Virus record (IMG/VR): IMGVR_UViG_3300037086_000474 | Coordinates: 1 to 64,000 of that record | Length of the DNA: 64,000 bases | Source of the DNA: a virus | Reading direction: 5' to 3' (one strand) | Shown: positions 63,641 to 64,000 of the stretch, in pieces | Position numbering within the stretch: position 1 is the stretch's first letter | How the letters are laid out: every line of letters begins with the position of its first letter | Position numbers and translations under genes: made by a program | Notes under the pieces: generated by a model | Seen by the model: the letters and a program-made list of their open reading frames with translations, nothing else | Databases searched by the model: none | Told to the model about the DNA's origin: nothing

Positions 63641-64000
63641 GTGAACTATTGTAATCTTGCGATTACGTTTTCCTGTTTCATAGAAGCATGGCTTGGAACT
63701 AATCGCTTAGATCTAGAGGTCTTCTTCTCCACAGGCTTTACTTCGGGAGGTTCCATCCCTAGTTGTTTTATTCCGTAATTTGCCAGATTTGTCCCAGCAT
63801 TTTGGTCTCTATCTAAATAGGCACCACAGCTGGGACAATTCCAACTTCTTTCCTGCAGCATCAAATCCTTTTTTACATACCCACAACTCGAACAAGTTTT
63901 ACTGGATGCAAACCACTTGTCCGCTTGAATGAGTGTTTTATCATTCCATAGTGTTTTGTATTTTAGTTTCTGTACGAACGTTGCATATCCAAGATCTGAT
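63641..64000 (-). mobile_element. right end of an IS200/IS605-like tnpB element
   Basis: tnpB stop followed by TTCAC on the minus strand, then unrelated flank. Confidence 0.5.
63646..64000 (-). CDS. tnpB: TnpB (IS200/IS605-family RNA-guided nuclease), C-terminal part; gene continues beyond the window
   Basis: manual translation SDLGYATFVQKLKYK...DKWFASSKTCSSCG...ERSWNCPSCGAYLDRDQNAGTNL (zinc ribbon + RuvC-III DRDxNA). Confidence 0.9.
   Translation of the reverse strand, partial: SDLGYATFVQKLKYKTLWNDKTLIQADKWFASSKTCSSCGYVKKDLMLQERSWNCPSCGAYLDRDQNAGTNLANYGIKQLGMEPPEVKPVEKKTSRSKRLVPSHASMKQENVIARLQ

Noticed and set aside
1-64000. Stop-codon reassignment or tRNA genes, as seen in some large phages
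   Set aside because: Conserved genes are intact in code 11 and end in TAA, TAG and TGA; no cloverleaf seen by eye in the short intergenic gaps (tRNAscan-SE would confirm)

Overview
This window looks like 64 kb of a large (jumbo-type) tailed-phage genome. It uses genetic code 11, is densely coding and lies almost entirely on the + strand. The host is probably a spirochaete, judged from a spirochaete-like STAS anti-sigma antagonist and an FASGSIE-type signal peptide. Region 1-22 kb is early/accessory: a degenerate RelE/HigB-like gene, a NUMOD3/TnsA-like endonuclease, a eukaryote/thaumarchaeal-type topoisomerase IB, about 19 small genes sharing a C-terminal E-x-A-K-x-L-L-x-G helix, a degenerate GGDEF protein and DgkA. 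It also holds two radical SAM/SPASM enzymes (one split by an HNH/NUMOD3 endonuclease) alongside 15 genes sharing an N-terminal MKxRxGF(V/I)SNSSxxSF motif. Regions 22-39 kb and 44.5-63.6 kb carry modular fibre/adhesin-like virion proteins with shared N- and C-terminal domains. Region 39.5-44.4 kb holds a PTP-like phosphatase, STAS and WGR proteins, five tiny Cys4 proteins, and a CCA-adding enzyme split into two separately promoted genes with non-intein tails. The 3' end of a TnpB gene lies at the right edge. Two promoter classes are visible: TTTTAGAG-N16-TAnnnT, often apparently leaderless, and AAGATAA about 40 nt before structural genes. The best candidates for undescribed systems are the SNSS-motif array with its radical SAM enzymes and the intein-free split enzymes. 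All calls come from motifs read by eye; no database search was run.
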